Assembly: GCF_963921235.1 (NCBI RefSeq)
Contig: NC_086098.1
Coordinates: 33,852,001-33,916,000 of the forward strand
Length of the DNA stretch: 64,000 nucleotides
Source of the DNA: Mobula hypostoma
Taxonomy: Eukaryota
Direction of reading: 5' to 3'
Each line of letters starts with the position of its first letter. Position 1 is the stretch's first letter. A model generated the notes under the pieces. It was not told the origin of the DNA. It searched no databases and worked only from the letters and a program-made list of their open reading frames with translations. A program made the position numbers and the translations under genes. Below are positions 23,597 to 37,680 of this stretch, piece after piece.

Positions 23597-26500
23597 TAGT
23601 GGATTCTGGTTATTAATTGGGACACATCAGGACTAGTATATTTTGGCTCATTTAACCGGCTACCCCAATTAGCTGAAGTTTCATGGAAATAGATTTTTTT
23701 AAACTATAAAAGTATAGACGCTGGTGGGAGTTGTGTACAGGCCACCTAACAGTAGTAGTGAGGTCGGAGATGGTATTAAACAGGAAATTAGAAATGTGTG
23801 CAATAAAGGAACAGCAGTTATAATGGGTGACTTCAATCTACATGTAGATTGGGTGAACCAAATTGGTAAAGGTGCTGAGGAAGAGGATTTCTTGGAATGT
23901 ATGCGGGATGGTTTTTTGAACCAACATGTCCAGGAACCAACTAGAGAGCAGGCTATTCTGGACTGGGTTTTGAGCAATGAGGAAGGGTTAATTAGCAATC
24001 TTGTCGTGAGAGGCCCCTTGGGTAAGAGTGACCATAATATGGTGGAATTCTTCATTAAGATGGAGAGTGACATAGTTAATTCAGAAACAAAGGTTCTGAA
24101 CTTAAAGAGGGGTAACTTTGAAGGTATGAGACGTGAATTAACTAAGATAGACTGGCAAATTACACTTAAAGGATTGACGGTGGATATGCAATGGCAAGCA
24201 TTTAAAGGTTGCATGGTGAACTACAACAATTGTTCATCCCAGTTTGGCAAAAGAATAAATCAAGGAAGGTAGTGCACCCGTGGCTGACAAGAGAAATTAG
24301 GGATAGTATCAATTCCAAAGAAGAAGCATACAAATTAGCCAGAGAAAGTGGCTCACCTGAGGACTGGGAGAAATTCAGAGTTCAGCAGAGGAGGACAAAG
24401 GGCTTAATTAAGAAGGGGAAAAAAGATTATGAGAGAAAACTGGCAGGGAACATAAAAACTGACTGTAAAAGCTTTTATAGATATGTAAAAAGGAAAAGAC
24501 TGGTAAAGACAAATGTAGGTCCCCTACAGACAGAAACAGGTGAATTGATTATGGGGAGCAAGGACATGGCAGACCAATTGAATAATTACTTTGGTTCTGT
24601 CTTCACTAAGGAGGACATAAATAATCTTCCAGAAATAGTAGGGGACAGAGGGTCCAGTGAGATGGAGGAACTGAGCGAAATACATGTTAGTAGGGAAGTG
24701 GTGTTAGGTAAATTGAAGGGATTGAAGGCAGATAAATCCCCAGGGCCAGATGGTCTGCATCCTAGAGTGCTTAAGGAAGTAGCCCAAGAAATAGTGGATG
24801 CATTAGTGATAATTTTTCAAAACTCGTTAGATTCTGGACTAGTTCCTGAGGATTGGAGGGTGGCTAATGTAACCCCACTTTTTAAAAAAGGAGGGAGAGA
24901 GAAACAGGGGAATTATAGACCGGTTAGCCTAACGTCGGTGGTGGGGAAACTGCTGGAGTCAGTTATCAAAGATGTGATAACAGCACATTTGGAAAGCGGT
25001 GAAATCATCGGACAAAGTCAGTATGGATTTGTGAAAGGAAAATCATGTCTGACGAATCTCAGAATTTTTTGAGGATGTAACTAGTAGAGTGGATAGGGGA
25101 GAACCAGTGGATGTGGTATATTTGGATTTTCAAAAGGCTTTTGACAAAGTCCCACACAGGAGATTAGTGTGCAAACTTAAAGCACACGGTATTGGGGGTA
25201 AGGTATTGATGTGGATGGAGAATTGGTTAGCAGACAGGAAGCAAAGAGTGGGAATAAACAGGACCTTTTCAGAATGGCAGGCAGTGACTAGTGGGGTACC
25301 GCAAGGCTCAGTGCTGGGACCCCAGTTGTTTACAATATATATTAATGACTTGGATGAGGGAATTACATGCAGCATCTCCAAGTTTGCGGATGACATGAAG
25401 CTGGGTGGCAGTGTTAGCTGTGAGGAGGATGTTAAGAGGATGCAGAGTGACTTGGATAGGTTGGGTGAGTGGGCAAATTCATGGCAGATGCAATTTAATG
25501 TGGATAAATGTGAAGTTATCCACTTTGGTGGCAAAAATAGAAAAACAGATTATTATCTGAATGGTGGCCGATTAGGAAAAGGGGAGGTGCAACGAGACCT
25601 GGGTGTCATTATACACCGGTCATTGAAAGTGGGCATGCAGGTACAGTAGGCGGTGAAAAAGGCGAATGGTATGCTGGCATTTATAGCGAGAGGATTCGAG
25701 TACAGGAGCAGGGAGGTACTACTGCAGTTGTACAAGGCCTTGGTGAGACCACACCTGGAGTATTGTGTGCAGTTTTGGTCCCTTAATCTGAGGAAAGACA
25801 TCCTTGCCATAGAGGGAGTACAAAGAAGGTTCACCAGATTGATTCCTGGGATGGCAGGACTTTCATATGAAGAAAGACTGGATGAACTGGGCTTGTACTC
25901 GTTGGAATTTAGAAGATTGAGGGGGGATCTGATTGAAACGTGTAAAATCCCAAAGGGATTGGACAGGCTAGATGCAGGAAGATTGTTCCCGATGTTGGGG
26001 AAGTCCAGAACAAGGGGTCACAGTTTGAGGATAAAGGGGAAGCCTTTTAGGACCGATATTAGGAAAAACTTCTTCACACAGAGAGTGGTGAATCTGTGGA
26101 ATTCTCTGCCACAGGAAACAGTTGAGGCCAGTTCATTGGCTATATTTAAGAGGGAGTTAGATATGGCCCTTGTGGCTACGGGGATCAGGGGGTATGAAGG
26201 GAAGGCTGGGGCGGGGTTCTGATTTGAATGATCAGCCATGATCATAATAAATGGCGGTGCAGGCTCGAAGGGCCAAATGGCCTACTCCTGCACCTATTTT
26301 CTATGTTTCTATAAAAAGGCAAACTGAGTAGCATGTATTTAAATGCAAATACAGAACAAGTTAGAACATGAGCAATAGTACTACAGTACTATAAAACTGT
26401 ATTAGTTCCTAACAGTAATCGATCAAACAATTCATCCAGTGCGGCAATGAACAAAATCGGTGCAGACATCTAGTGCAAATAATGACTGCCTTCAGACAAT

Positions 26501-26945
26501 GCTATCAAAGAATGCATCCTCCCAATCTTCATTTTAATTGTAACATTCAATACCTTCAAATTCTCGGTAGTTTCTAACTTGTTGAAGTAGTGAAATAGTT
26601 TCATTTATACTCCGGGCCATTTCTGGTATCTCCAAGCCTGAATACTTGAAACTGCAGTGAGGAACACAGTTCAAAATTGTCTTACTGCTCATTCCTCATC
26701 AATTATCACTGACAAAGATCACTGCTCTTTGAACACAAACACATGCAATTGACACTTAAAAAAAAAATCACTCTAAGCATGGTGTAGCGTGTAACAGCCA
26801 AGCAAGTGTACCCGACTGATACTGCCCAGAACCTGTTCGGCAACAGTCTCCTGCACTAATTAAGTGGCATAGTGTCCCAAATAAATGAAGGGAATTATGA
26901 TAATTTTCTCAATTAGTTTTTGCTCATATTAAATGTCCCATTACC
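23597..26945. mobile_element. Tigger/pogo-like non-autonomous DNA transposon remnant split by CR1 copy 2
   Basis: left end agtggattctggtt...aattgggacaca; distal gtgtcccaaat and tgtccca motifs; sequence resumes after the CR1 at duplicated ctataaaa; right terminus incomplete. Confidence 0.5.
23712..26312 (+). mobile_element. Young CR1 LINE (copy 2): partial endonuclease, RT and tail; two frameshifts and one stop
   Basis: ORFs 23724-24272 (YRPP, MGDFN, SDHN), 24209-25072, 25089-25649 and 25653-26222; flanked by ctataaaa at 23704-23711 and 26309-26316. Confidence 0.95.
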
Positions 26946-27585
26946 ATCCATATACCTATTCAAACTTCTCTTAAACTTTGAAATTGTGCTCGCATGCACC
27001 ACTAGAGCTGGCAGCTCATTCCACACTCTCACGATCTTCTGTGAAGAAGTTGCCCCTCATGTTCCCCTTAAACTTCCCATCTTTCACCCTTAAGCCATGA
27101 TTTCTGGTTGTAATCCCACCCAACCTCAGTGGAAAAAACTTTCATTTCTCCCATCTATCTTTCCCACTCATAATTTTGTAACCTCTGTCAAATCTCCTCT
27201 CAATCTTCTACATTCTAAAGAATACAGTCCTTACCTATTCAGTCTTTTCACTTGCTCAAGTCCTCCAGACCTGGCAACATCCTTGTAAATTTTCTCTGTA
27301 CTCTTTCAACCTGATTTACATCATTCCCATAGGTAGGTGACCAAACCTGCACAAAAAACTCCAAATAAGGCCTCACTAATATCTTAAACAACATCAACAT
27401 AACATCCCATCTCCTGTACTCAATACTTTGACCCTAACTACTTGTGACACCACATTCAATGAATTATGGACCTGTATTCCCATCTCCCTTTGTTCTACTG
27501 CACTCCTCAGTGCTCCACTGTGTAAAACCTACCCTGGTTGGTCCTACTAATGTGCAACACCTCACACTTGTCTGCATTAAATTTG
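26940..27585 (-). mobile_element. CR1-type LINE fragment
   Basis: reversed CR1 ORF2 C-terminal sequence; paralogous to 31944-32500. Confidence 0.75.
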
Positions 27586-27589
27586 GGCT

Positions 27590-29049
27590 GCTGTTGCCTA
27601 TTCATGCCTCATTGAGAACTTTAATTGAGTGCCAGTCTAGTTGGATTTTTCTCAACCATTCATGTACAAAAAGTGCTGGCCCTCCATTTTTCAATACATA
27701 AAGCTCAAACTGTTGTGTTTGGCCTCCATATGTTACATTTACTTTCAGTTTGCCTCTGGGAGACACTTTTTTGCCTGTGTAGGTCTTTAGCATCACTGAA
27801 GTCTTCTCTAATGGTGTCTTGGAAAACAGTCTGTTGTAGTCAGCCTCTGAAATTATGGACAAAGCTGATCCTGTGCCTTGTTCCATTTTCAGTTTTACGC
27901 CAGGCACGTCTATTGTCATCCATATGATTTTGTGATCTGCTTCTGTAGCACTATGCAATTCTAGGCATGGCAGCTCACTTTTGTCAGACTCTGTGTTGTC
28001 TGATTCAGTTTCATATTTGGTCACTTTATGCATATGCTTAGTTTTGTGTTTGAGACTTTTCACTTGGTTGTGCTTTTCGTCTGCCTTGCACACTGTATGT
28101 GACCTTGTCTGTGACACTTGCTGCAAACTTTTCTTTGAACCAACAGTCATTTGCATCATGGGAGGAGTTGCCACATCAATACCATTTTTTGGCATTTTAC
28201 TCCATTCAGGGATATTGTGTGCATTTCACATTCTTTGATGTAGTTCTGCTGTGTCCTTTGCTACTGTCTCTAATGATATTGTAATGGTCAATCCCCATTC
28301 TAAGCTTAGGTCACTTTCAGACAGTAGCCCCTTTAGTGTGCTTTGGCGATGCATGCCACATACTAGCCTATCCCTTAATGCATCAGAAACTCCATCTGTA
28401 AAGTCACAGTACCAGGAAAGTTTGTGCAGTTCTGCAATATTTCAAAAATGCTTCCATCTTTTGACTCCTTTTGTAAAATCTAAATTTCTCAGCTACTGCC
28501 AATGGTTTAGGGCTGATGTTATTTTGTAAAATTGTAACAATTTCGTCGTATGTCTTGCTTGCTGGCTTTTCAGGGGTTACTAGGTTGTGTAAGAGACTAT
28601 ACGTCCTTGTACCCATTAAGCAAGGAGTGTAGGGGTTTCCTTTAGCTCCTCCACATTGTTCAAGTTACAATACAGTTCAACCCACTTGATTTACGACTCC
28701 CAGCCTTCATTAGTATTATCAAATTCATCAACTTAACCAACAGAAACCACTGCCATGTTATTTTCAGTTTAAATTCAGCACGTTTTTTGAGCTTAAGCTC
28801 ATAAGACATAGGAGCAGAATTCGGCCATTTGGCCCATTGAGTGTGTTCTGTCATTCAATCCTAGCTGATCCTTTTTTCCCCATCCTCAGCCCCACTCCCC
28901 GGCCTTCTCCCCATAATATTTGATGCCGTGTTGTCTATTTCACTAATACTCATGAATCCATTTGTTTTGTCTGTCCACAACTACCTATCAATGAAATAAA
29001 AGCACACACGCAGGACATGATTTTAGCTGGTGTCTTCACATCGTAGCAA
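27590..29049 (-). mobile_element. Decayed Gypsy LTR retrotransposon internal region (5' UTR, gag, protease), interrupted by a CR1 tail at about 28797-28930
   Basis: ORF 28404-28616 (TYSLLHNLVTPEKPASKTYDEIV...AEKFRFYKRSQ) and 27602-28195 (LKMEQGTGSALSII, degenerate DTG; LKTYTG; GPALF...WL). Confidence 0.8.
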
Positions 29050-29052
29050 GAG

Positions 29053-31850
29053 ACCATAAGACATAGGAGCAGAATTAGGCCATCTGGCCCATCGACTCTG
29101 CTCCGCCATTCAATCATGGCTGATCCATTTTTTTTCTCCTCCTCAACTCCAGTTCCTGGCCTTCTTCCCGCAACCTTTGATGCCACATACAATCAAGAAC
29201 CTATCAATCCCTGCCTTAAATATACCCAAGGACCTGGCCTCCACAGCTGCATGTGGCAACAAATTACATGAATTCATCACTCTTTGGCTAAAGAAATTTC
29301 TCCGCATCTCTGTTTTGAAAGGGCTTCCCTCTATCCTGAGGCTGTACCTTCTTGTCCTAGACTCTCCCACCATGGGAAACATCCTTTCCACATCTACTTT
29401 GTCTAGGCGTTTCAACATACAAAAGGTTTCAATGAGATCCCCCCCTCATCCTTCTGAATTCCAGCTAGTACAGACCCAGAGCCATCAAATGTTCCTTCTA
29501 TGATTACCCTTTCATTCCTGAAATCATCCTTGTGAACCTCCTCTGGAGCCTCTCCAATGCCAGCACGTCATTTCTAAGATGAGGGGCCCAAAACTGTTCT
29601 CGACACTCAAAATGAGGCCTCACCAGTGTCTTATAAAGTCTCAGCAACAAATCCTTACTCTTGTATTCTAGACCTCCTGAAACTAATGCTAACATGGCAT
29701 TTGCCTTCCTCACCACCGACTCAACCTGCAAGTTAAAAAAGGTGTGCTCTGCACAAGTACTCCCAAGTCCCTCTGCATCTCAGATTCCTGGATTTTCTCT
29801 CCATTAAGAAAATAGTCCACTCATTTATTTCTACTACCCGCGTGCATGACCATACATTTTCCAACATTGTATTTTATTTGCCACTTTCTTGCCCATTCTC
29901 CTAATCTGTCTTAAGACTTTCAGCATCCTACCTGTTTCCTCAACACTATCTGTCCCTCCACCAATCTTTGTATCATCTACAAACTTGGCAACAATGCCAT
30001 CTATTCCATCATCTAAATCATTTATATACAGCATAAAAAGAAGCGGTCCCAACACCAACCCCTTCGGAACACCACTAGTCCCTGGCAGCCAACCAGAAAA
30101 GGATTAATTTATTCCCACTCACTGCCTCCTACTAATCAGCCAATACTCTAACTACATTAGTAACTTTCCTGTAATACCATGAGCTCTTAACTTGGTAAGC
30201 AGCCTCATTAGTGGCACCCTGTCAAAGGCCTTCTAAAAGTCCAAATATGCACAAGGCACTGCATCCCCTTTATCTATTCTACGAGTAATCTCCTCAAAGT
30301 GTTCCAACAGGTTCGTCAGACAGGATTTTCCTTGTAGGAAACCATGCTGACTTGGTGCTACCTTGTCCTTTGTCACCAAGTACTCCATCACCTCATGCTT
30401 AACAATTGACTCTAACGTCTTCCCAACCACTGAGGTCAGGTTAGGTGGTCTGTAATTTCCTTTCTGCTGCCTTCCTCCTTTCTGAAAGAGTGGAGTGACA
30501 TTTGCAATTTTCCAGTCCTCTGGCACCATGCCAGAGTCCAATGACATTTGAAAGATTATTTCTAATGCCACCACAATCTCCAATGCTACCTCTTTCAGAA
30601 CCCTAGGGTGCAGTTTATCTAGTCCAGGTGACTTATGTACCTTTAGGTCTTTCAGGTTTTTGAGCACCTTCTTTCTTGTAACTGCACCCACTTCTCTTCC
30701 TTCACACAATACAGCATCAGGCATACTGTTCGTGTCTTCCACAGTGAAGACTGATGCAGAATACTCATTTAGTTCATCAATGATTTCCTTGTCCCCCGTT
30801 ACTATTTCTCGTGCCTCATTTTCTAGCGGTCCTTTGTCCACTCTCATTTCTCTTTTTTTAACATACTTGAAAAAACTTTTTCTATCCACTTTGATATTAT
30901 TTGCTAGCTTGCTTTCATATTTCATCTTTTCCCTTCTAATAATTTTTTTAGTTTCTGTTTGAGGGTTTTTAAAAACTCCTAATCCTCTATGTTCCCACTA
31001 ATTTTTGCTTTGTTGTATGCCCTTTATTTTGCATTTACAATAGCTTTGACTTCCCTTGTCACCCACAGTTGTACTGTTTTACAATTTGAATATTTCTTCA
31101 TTTTTGGAATACATACATCCTGCACCTTGCTCATTTTTCTCCAGAATGCATGTCATTGCTGCTCTGCTGACATCCCTGCAAGCAGCTCCTTCCAATTTAC
31201 TTTGGCCAACTCCTCTCTCATATCACTGTAATTTCCCTTACTCCACTGAAATACTGCTACATCAGACTTTACTTTCTCCCTATCAAATTTCAAGTTGAAC
31301 TTAATCATATTGTGATCCCTGGCTCCTTTACCTTGTGCTCCCTAATCGCCTCTAGTTCATTACATAACACCCAGTCCAGTCTAACTGATTCCCTAGTAGG
31401 CTCAACAGCAAACTGCTCTAAAAAAGCTATCTCTTAGGCATTCAACAAACTCACTCTCTTGAAATCTATTACCAGCCTGATTTTCCCAATTGACCTGAAT
31501 GTTATAATCTCCCAAGACTACCATAACATTGCCCTTTTGACTCGCCTTTTCTATTTCCTGTTGTAACCTGTGGTCCACCTCCCAGCCACTGTTGGGAGGC
31601 CTGTATAAAACTGCCATCAATATCCTTTTACCCTTGCAGTTTCCTAACTTAACTCACGAGGATTCAACATCTTCCGTTCTTATGTCATATCTTTCTACTG
31701 ATTTGATGCCATTCTTTACCAGTAGAGCCACGCCACCCCCCTCTGTCTATCTTCCTATCCCTCCGATATAATGTGTAACTTGCACATTCAGCTCCCAACT
31801 ACAACCATCCTTCAGCCATGATTCAGTGATGGCCACAACATCATACCTGG
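29053..31850 (-). mobile_element. CR1 LINE, decayed ORF2 (endonuclease to 3' tail)
   Basis: ORFs YDVVAITESWL, YRPPN...LGDYN, 30233-30925 and KFVDDTK; (tcttatg) tail; flanked by agcaagag duplication. Confidence 0.9.
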
Positions 31851-31943
31851 CAAGAGCAAGCAAGAGAACAATACACTTGAGATCAATACGTGGTTCTAAA
31901 GGAGGAGTCATTGCTCTAAAAAAAAATAGATCCATACATTACA

Positions 31944-33475
31944 TTTCCCTTAAACTTTTCACCTTTCACCATTAACCCATGACCTCTAGCTGTAGTCCCA
32001 CCCAACATCAGTGCAAAAAGCCTGATTGCATTTACCCTGACTATGACCTCATAATTTTGTATACCACTATCAAATCTCCCCTCAATCTTCTATGTTCCAA
32101 GGAATAAAGTCCTAACCTATTCAATTTTTCCTTATAACTGAGATTCTCCAGAACCAGCAATATCCTTGTAAATTTTATCTGTACTCTTCCAACCTTATGT
32201 ATATCCTTCCCATTGGCAGGTGAACAAACCTGCACACAATACTCCAAATTAGGTCTCACCAATGTCTTATACAATTTCAACATAATATCCCATCTCCTGT
32301 ACTCAATACTTTGATTTATGATAGCCAATGTGCCAAAAGCTTTGTTTATGACCATGCAACCCAACTTTCAATGAATTATGGATCTGTATTCATCAGATAG
32401 CATTGGATAGCATTCTTCAGGGCCCTAAATTTCACTGTGTAAGACCTACTTCGGTTGGTCCTATCGAGTGCCTCACTGCGGACCCGTCTGCATTAAATTC
32501 CACTTACTAGTTTTCAGCCCATTTTTCCATCTGGTCCAGATCTCACTGACAGCTCTCTGATAGTCCTTCCTCGCTGTCCACCACACCCTCAAATTTGTGT
32601 GTCATCTGCAAACTTGCTGATTCAGTTAACCACATTATCATGCAGATTATTGATATAGATGAAAAATAACAATAGACACAGCACCAATCCCTGTGCCACT
32701 GTACTAGTCACAGGCCTTCAGTCAGAGAGACAACCATCTACTATCACTTACTGGCTTCTCCCACAAAGCCATTGTTTAATCCAATATACTCCCATATCTT
32801 GAATGCTGAGCAACTGTATCTTCTTGACTAACAACCCATGTGGGGCCTTGTCAAGTGCCTTGCTAAAGTCCAGGTAGACAACATCCACTGCCTTGCCTTT
32901 ATTGGCTCTCCTGGTAATTTATTGAGATATCTGTAAGATTGGTTAGACACGACCTACAATGGATAATCTCATGCTGACTATCCCTAATCAGTCCATGTCT
33001 ATCCAAATACTCATATGTCCAGTCTCTTAGAATATCTTCCAATAACTTTTCCACTACTGATGTCAGGCTTACTGGCCCATAATTTCCTGGTTTATTTTTA
33101 GAGCCTTAAACAGCGGAACAACTTCAGGTGTCTTCCAATCTTCCAATACTTCACCTGTCCCTAAGGTTGATTTAACTCTGCTAGGGCCCCTGTAATTTCT
33201 GCACCTTTCTCACACAGGGTCCGAGGGAACACCTTGTCATGCCCTGGGAATTTATCCATTCTAATTTGCTTCAAGACTGCAAACGCCTCCTCTGTAATCT
33301 GTATAAGGTCCATGAAGTTGACACTGCTTTGCCTCACTTGTCTTGACTCAGTGTGTCTCTTGAGTAAACACAGATGCAAAAAAAATCTTAAAATCTCGCC
33401 CATCTCTTTTGGCTCCACACATGAATTACCATTCTGATCTTCCAGAGGACCAATTTTGACTCTCACAGTCCTTTG
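31944..33475 (-). mobile_element. CR1-type LINE fragment
   Basis: ORFs 32041-32364 (RPNLEYCVQV) and 33161-33466. Confidence 0.85.
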
Positions 33476-36371
33476 TAGTTTCTATCTACAAAGCCTAACA
33501 GCATCAACAATCAATAAGTTAGATTATTGCAATATTAGCCTGGTATTTGCACTCTATAATAACGGTTGTGATCAAAAATGTTTATTGTTGTTCTGGGAGA
33601 AATCTGATGGCAGCTTCTGTAGTATTTGCATATGAACTGGGAACAGAAAGTTTGTTAGTAACTTTTGTCTCCTCCATAAGCAGTATTATTTTAACTGCAT
33701 TTTCTGTAATCAGTAATAACCTTCAATGTTTATTCTTGCTTGTAAAAAAACCTTGAAACTTTGTTACAAGAGCCTTCAGTTTTTTAAAGGTATATTAAGC
33801 TTAATTACTGCTTAACACATTTTTTGATCCTGTAGAATATCAATTTATGATAAGTATCAATTGCCATTTCTCCTGGTAAATATTTTTAAATTGCATACCT
33901 TAAAGTGACTTTTAAAAAAAGCTATATTCTGCTTAACATTAAAAAAAAAGACGTTGCACTTTTTACTTCTGGACTACTGTCTGTAAGAATTCTTCAATGC
34001 GATTAGCTGCTTAATAATATCTCTGTTGCTGGATGTCAGTGATCCTTTTCAAATAATGTTAATAGCACTTAGTATGGGAAAAGTGAAATTCACACCATAG
34101 AGGAACCTTTCTTTGGAGTCAATGACACCATTGCTCTGCATAGTACCTATGTTATAAAAAAAATTACAGAAATTTTTAAGTACATCATGAATGTTAAATA
34201 AATTTAGTTTGTACCTACAAAGCCTAACAGCATCAACAGTCTATAAGTCAGATTATTGTAATTCAGCTCCGGAGAACTTAGAATTGATTTTTGAAACATC
34301 CTGCAAATTTAAGGATATTTGTAATGAAACCGTGAGGTATATTGAGAATTTGAGAGCATTCTTCCTGTAGTTCTCTAACCATTTCAGTGAAGCTAGGGCA
34401 TGCACGTATAAATTAGCTTTCTGTGCTTGTGGTGGATGAGCATTAAATTGTGTAAAATAATTTATAGAAATTATCTTTATAATTCAGTTTAATTTTACAG
34501 AAGATCATTGAAGGTTCTGTATATAAAATCAAGATTGAAAGAGCTCACTGAAATCAGTAAAATTGTGTAGGCTCTGGATATTTGGCAACTTGTGTGTAAT
34601 GGCTGATCACAGACAAGTTCAGCACAAAGGAATCTACTTAACTAGCAGTCCATCTAGCTTTTAAAACTTCCTGCTGTGATGTCCATTCATTTCAGGCCAA
34701 TTTGGCCTAAGCTTCACATTCCAAGGCTAAATACAGTGTTCACATAATTAATGCTTATCGACATTTATGACTTAGTTACTGGAAGTGTTTGTGAACTAGT
34801 ACAATAACAAGTTGTAAATTAAAAAGCTTGCTCACTACCTCGAGTTGTTGATAATAGATGACTAAGAGCTCAGGTTAAAGGTTATAAACAATGAAGTAGG
34901 CAATTAAATCATGACAAACTGGCACATGATTTCAATACAAAGCAGAATATTGTCACCATTTAAACAGGCCCTCTTTCTGTCAGTTTAATGAATTTCTCAA
35001 TATTTCATTTCAAGCTATCTTGAGAGCATTTTTTCAATATCTGAAATCTGATTTATTACATATAATATTTCAAATATCAAATTACACCGAATCACTCATG
35101 GGCGTTCTGATGCAAAGTAATTTGCTGCTACTTTCTCAGGGTACCATTTCTCCAGTAAATTCTGAGAAATAATATATTGAGCTGTTAAAATGAGTGCTTT
35201 TTTTAGGAAACGAAATGGTTGGTTGACTATGTTTTAAACTAAAACTCCACCAAATGTCTTTATCCCTTCCTGCCTTTGAAGTGCAGCTGCTCTGACACAG
35301 CCTTGGTCTGGGATTCATTCTCAGCAGAAAATATATATGTCTGATGCCGATCAGGAAAAAATATAGAATACAACAAAGACAAATAGTTTTTAAAAATTGG
35401 TTCAAATGTGTTACATTAAACACTATTTTATTCTCCATTAATCATGAATTTCTGATAGTTGCGTGATCTTCTAATTTATAGATGATTAGTTGAAGTTAAG
35501 AAGTTTGCCAAAGTTGAATTTAATTAGAGTGACACAACAGACATGTTGACATCATGTGAGATTACTCAGATTTGTAAACAGCGTAATGGGTTATTTTTAA
35601 AAGGAACAGCAAGAGTGGGTGATTTGCAAAACATAATTGAAACTCCTTGATGTGGCACTTTCTTTATTTCTTAAATCTCTTTGTGACCTAAAGTATGGAC
35701 ACAACATTAGTTGGCACCAAATATATTCCAGCAAAGGCCTTTCCTGGACTGTTTATTTCGATTACCAGCTCTATCAGTTCCATTTAACTAACATTGCTGT
35801 TGGAAAAACCTGGATCCGGGTATTTACTGGAGGCCATAAAGGGAGGGATGGGGGTGGTAGGATTTTTGGATGGGAAACTCTGAAGCAATAACTTCTCAGA
35901 CCGCTGCCAAAATTCAGCCTTTTCTTTTCCATGTCTTCAAAGATGGCCATAAAGTGATGTTAAGCATTGAGTGTTGATAATTCCTTTCACTTGTTTTAGC
36001 ATGATTTCCTAATTTAGCAGCATGTTTTGCATCCATATTAGAAATTCAGAATCCTGAATGAGTCTGATTTTCATTGTGGTATAAAATCCAGAATAAATGC
36101 AAGATTCCGTATTGGTGACTATGTAAATACCGGATGATTATAAAACACAACAAATACATAAAGCCTTTAGGGCAAGAAATCTGTCATTCCTACTCAGACT
36201 GTGTAAATGGGACTCCATGCCCATTAATGAGGTTAATTACTCTTTGAACATTCACACAGTTCAAAGGCAAATGTGCACTCCCTTAATGTCCAATTTCCAT
36301 GTGCCTTGGCCTGTCTTCAGGTCCGTTGCCCAGGGCTGCAGCTAGACTTTAGAAGATATTTCCTATGACCA

Positions 36372-36805
36372 TGTGGGTTTCCTCCACGTGCTCCAGTTAC
36401 CTCCCACAGTTGGTAGGTTAATTGGTCGATGTGAATTGTCCTGTGATTAGGCTGGGGTAAATTGGGGGTTGCTGGCTGGTGTGGTTTGAAGGTCCAGAAG
36501 GGCCTATTCTGTACAGTATCTCAATAAATCTTTTCTTTTCAAAATATATATATTTATTAATTAATTTATTTAGTGATACAGCATGGAGTAGGCCCTTCGA
36601 GCTACACAACCCCACAAGCCTAATTAATGCTAACCTAATCACGTTACAATTTACAATGACAATTTAACCTACCAGGTACACCACACATTCCACAGGAAGG
36701 ACAGAGACTCCCTACAGAGCGGGTCTGGAGTTGAATTCCGAACTCCATAACACCCCAAGCTGTTATAATATTGCGCTAACCACTACACTACCATGGCATC
36801 CATAA
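36372..36805. mobile_element. Two tail-to-tail SINE fragments: V-SINE-like (+) 36372-36530 and tRNA-headed SINE (-) 36560-36805
   Basis: gtgggtttcctcc...tgctccagtt.cctcccaca V-domain motif; reversed A-box tagtgtagtggttagcgc. Confidence 0.6.
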
Positions 36806-37194
36806 GTAATTTGACTTAATATGGATTGGAAAGGAGATGAATTTTAATTTTAGAAGCCCAGTTGGTTATTGCATGCTCCTAACAAAACAGTAGGAATCCT
36901 GTATGACTTGCATGAGTAAGAAACATCCCCTGAGTTACTTCAGTAATCCTGGTGATCTATTGGAAAGCAGTGCTGTGACAACTGGCAATCCTGTTTTGAA
37001 GACAAATCCACATTTATGATGACAGCAGTCTAAGCTTCCATTAAAACATGCATAATACTGGTTAGCTACTTCAATGGAAGCAGTGTGCTGTTGCAGGTTC
37101 ACTTCTATGTGTAAGTATCACCAACTATTGGTCCTGGCCTCGGTAACAAAACATGTAAATGCATTTACTTTCTCAGAAGGTGAAAGAAATTTAA

Positions 37195-37680
37195 CATGTC
37201 ACCGTTGGCTAAGCATTCTATCTGGATGCATCACTGTTTGGTATGGCAACTGCTTTGTCCAAGACCTCGAGATCTTGCAGAGCGCTGTGAACGGAGCCTC
37301 AGCCTCTCCTTCACTGCCTACAATTCGTGCTGCCTCGAGAGAACAGCCAATATAACCGGATACCACCCCCCCCCCCACCACTTGGGTTGTTCTCTCTTCT
37401 TCGCTCAAGCAGTAGCTATAAAAGCTTGGAAGCCCATACCATCAGACTTGAGGACAGCTTCTATCCTGTATTTATCAGCCTCATCGACCGACCTCTCATA
37501 TGCTAAAGATGAATACTGATTTCCCAAACTACAGTGTTGTGGCCCTTGCGCTTGATTTACCTACAGTGCCACTCCTCAGTCGTTACAACACTATTTCCAG
37601 CATTCTGAAAATGACACACAGACAAGAGTTTTTCACTCTATCTCAGTACATGTGACTGTAATAAGCCAGTAAATCAATAA
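37195..37680 (+). mobile_element. Rex-Babar-like LINE 3' fragment
   Basis: SILSGCITVWYGNC motif in ORF 37074-37355. Confidence 0.7.
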
